IMG/VR virus record: IMGVR_UViG_2606217117_000014
From: a virus
Taxonomy: Duplodnaviria; Heunggongvirae; Uroviricota; Caudoviricetes
Length of the DNA: 6,696 nt
Direction: 5' to 3' (one strand)
Numbering within the stretch: position 1 is the first letter of the stretch; each line of letters begins with the position of its first letter. A program made the translations under genes and the position numbers. Under the pieces are notes generated by a model. It made no database searches. It was not told the origin of the DNA and was given only the letters and a program-made list of their open reading frames with translations. Positions 5,779 to 6,696 of the stretch are shown here, one piece after another.

Positions 5779-5827
5779 ATGTCAGAAATCACATCCCTGG
5801 TCACTGCTGAGGCAGTGAAGGAAGTCC
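5779..5827 (+). pseudogene. 5' fragment (16 codons, MSEITSLVTAEAVKEV) of a gene interrupted by the IS insertion
   Basis: ATG 5779 in an open frame that runs straight into the IS terminus at 5828. The ORF-track continuation past 5828 is IS sequence read in the wrong context. Confidence 0.25.
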
Positions 5828-6696
5828 TGAACCGCCCCGGGTTTCCTGGAGAGTATTTTATCTGTGAACTCAGGCTGCCAGATCATCGTTTCCGATGGAA
5901 GCATAATAAGCTTTTTCTGCTTCTGCCGGAGGAGTATGGCCCAGCCTTTCCAGCAATCGTCGATTGTTATACCAGTCCACCCACGTGAGTGTGGCCAGTT
6001 CCACTTCTGCACGGTTTTTCCAGCTCTTACGGTGTATTACCTCCGCTTTGTAAAGACCATTGATGCTCTCCGCCATCGCGTTGTCATACGAGTCGCCTGT
6101 ACTTCCTGTTGATGCCAGTAATCCGGCTTCCTTAAGCCGCTGTGTGTAGGCCAGCGATACATACTGAGAACCTTTATCACTGTGATGGACCGTGCCGGAC
6201 GGTCGACGGGCCCATAACGCCTGCTCCAGTGCATCCAGCACGAATGTCGTCTCCATGGACGATGAGACCCGCCACCCCACAATGTATCCGGCAAACACAT
6301 CAATGATGAACGCCACATAGACGAAGCCCTGCCATGTGCTGACGTAAGTAAAATCAGCCACCCACAGCTGGTCAGGTCGTTCTGCCACGAACTGACGGTT
6401 TACGCGGTCGCCTGCGGCAACGGCTTTCCGGCTGATGGTCGTACGGACCTTTTTACCCCGGAGAACACCGGCAAGTCCCATAACCGCCATGAGACGTGCC
6501 ACAGTGCATCTGGCCACTCTGATACCTTCCCGTAACAACTGACGCCAGACTTTACGCACACCGTATACCTTGTGATTTTCATCGTATACGCGCTGTATCT
6601 CTTTCTTCAGCCAGTCATCGCGCTGCGCACGGGCACTGCGTTTATCCGGATGATGTCGCTGTTGCTGACAGTGGTAATACGTTGACGGGGCAATAT
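5828..6696 (-). mobile_element. IS3-family insertion sequence (IS629-like), partial; runs off the right edge of the window
   Basis: Terminus TGAACCGCCCCGGGTTTCCTGGAGAG at 5828 matches the recalled IS629/IS3-family terminal inverted repeat. Encloses a DDE transposase OrfB on the minus strand ending 42 bp inside the end. Confidence 0.8.
5870..6696 (-). CDS. IS3-family transposase OrfB (DDE integrase core), N-terminal part outside the window
   Basis: Frame is open from the window edge (hand translation 6560-6696 has no stop) to TGA at plus 5870-5872. Motifs WVADFTYV, HHSDKGSQY, DSYDNAMAES, YKAE are typical DDE transposase blocks. Confidence 0.85.
   Translation of the reverse strand, partial: IAPSTYYHCQQQRHHPDKRSARAQRDDWLKKEIQRVYDENHKVYGVRKVWRQLLREGIRVARCTVARLMAVMGLAGVLRGKKVRTTISRKAVAAGDRVNRQFVAERPDQLWVADFTYVSTWQGFVYVAFIIDVFAGYIVGWRVSSSMETTFVLDALEQALWARRPSGTVHHSDKGSQYVSLAYTQRLKEAGLLASTGSTGDSYDNAMAESINGLYKAEVIHRKSWKNRAEVELATLTWVDWYNNRRLLERLGHTPPAEAEKAYYASIGNDDLAA

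Noticed and set aside
5605-5988. ORF 5605..5988 (+) 127 aa
   Set aside because: Its 3' part reads across the IS terminus at 5828 into IS sequence, so the full ORF is an insertion artefact. Only the pre-IS portion (from ATG 5779) is kept, as a possible gene fragment.
5782-6582. ORFs 5782..6012 (-), 5864..6112 (+), 6037..6318 (-), 6400..6582 (-) inside the IS
   Set aside because: Alternative frames or antisense of the transposase OrfB reading frame, which is continuous and carries the DDE motifs.
1-6696. CRISPR array or other tandem repeat array
   Set aside because: No regularly spaced direct repeats were seen anywhere in the window.

Overview
This window reads as the late-regulatory region of a lambdoid (Stx-phage-type) prophage from an Enterobacteriaceae host. 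The layout is a 5'-truncated NinG/DUF968-like gene, rusA, antiterminator Q, a lambda-like pR' promoter and tR' terminator, then tRNA-Ile2(CAU) and tRNA-Arg(UCU). In Stx2 phages the next genes are stx2AB, but no toxin genes are present here. Instead there is a ~1.5 kb cargo segment (1951-3445): a 117-aa ORF, a 28-aa hydrophobic peptide ORF, a ~250 bp ORF-free stretch ending in an intrinsic terminator, and a convergent AT-rich 111-aa gene on the minus strand. This is followed by a large nanS-p-type sialate O-acetylesterase gene (3461-5422), small ORFs, and an IS3-family (IS629-like) element inserted at 5828 that runs off the window. All calls rest on reading the sequence and recalled family features; no database search was run. 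The cargo segment is the best candidate for something undescribed, but its function cannot be assigned from sequence alone.
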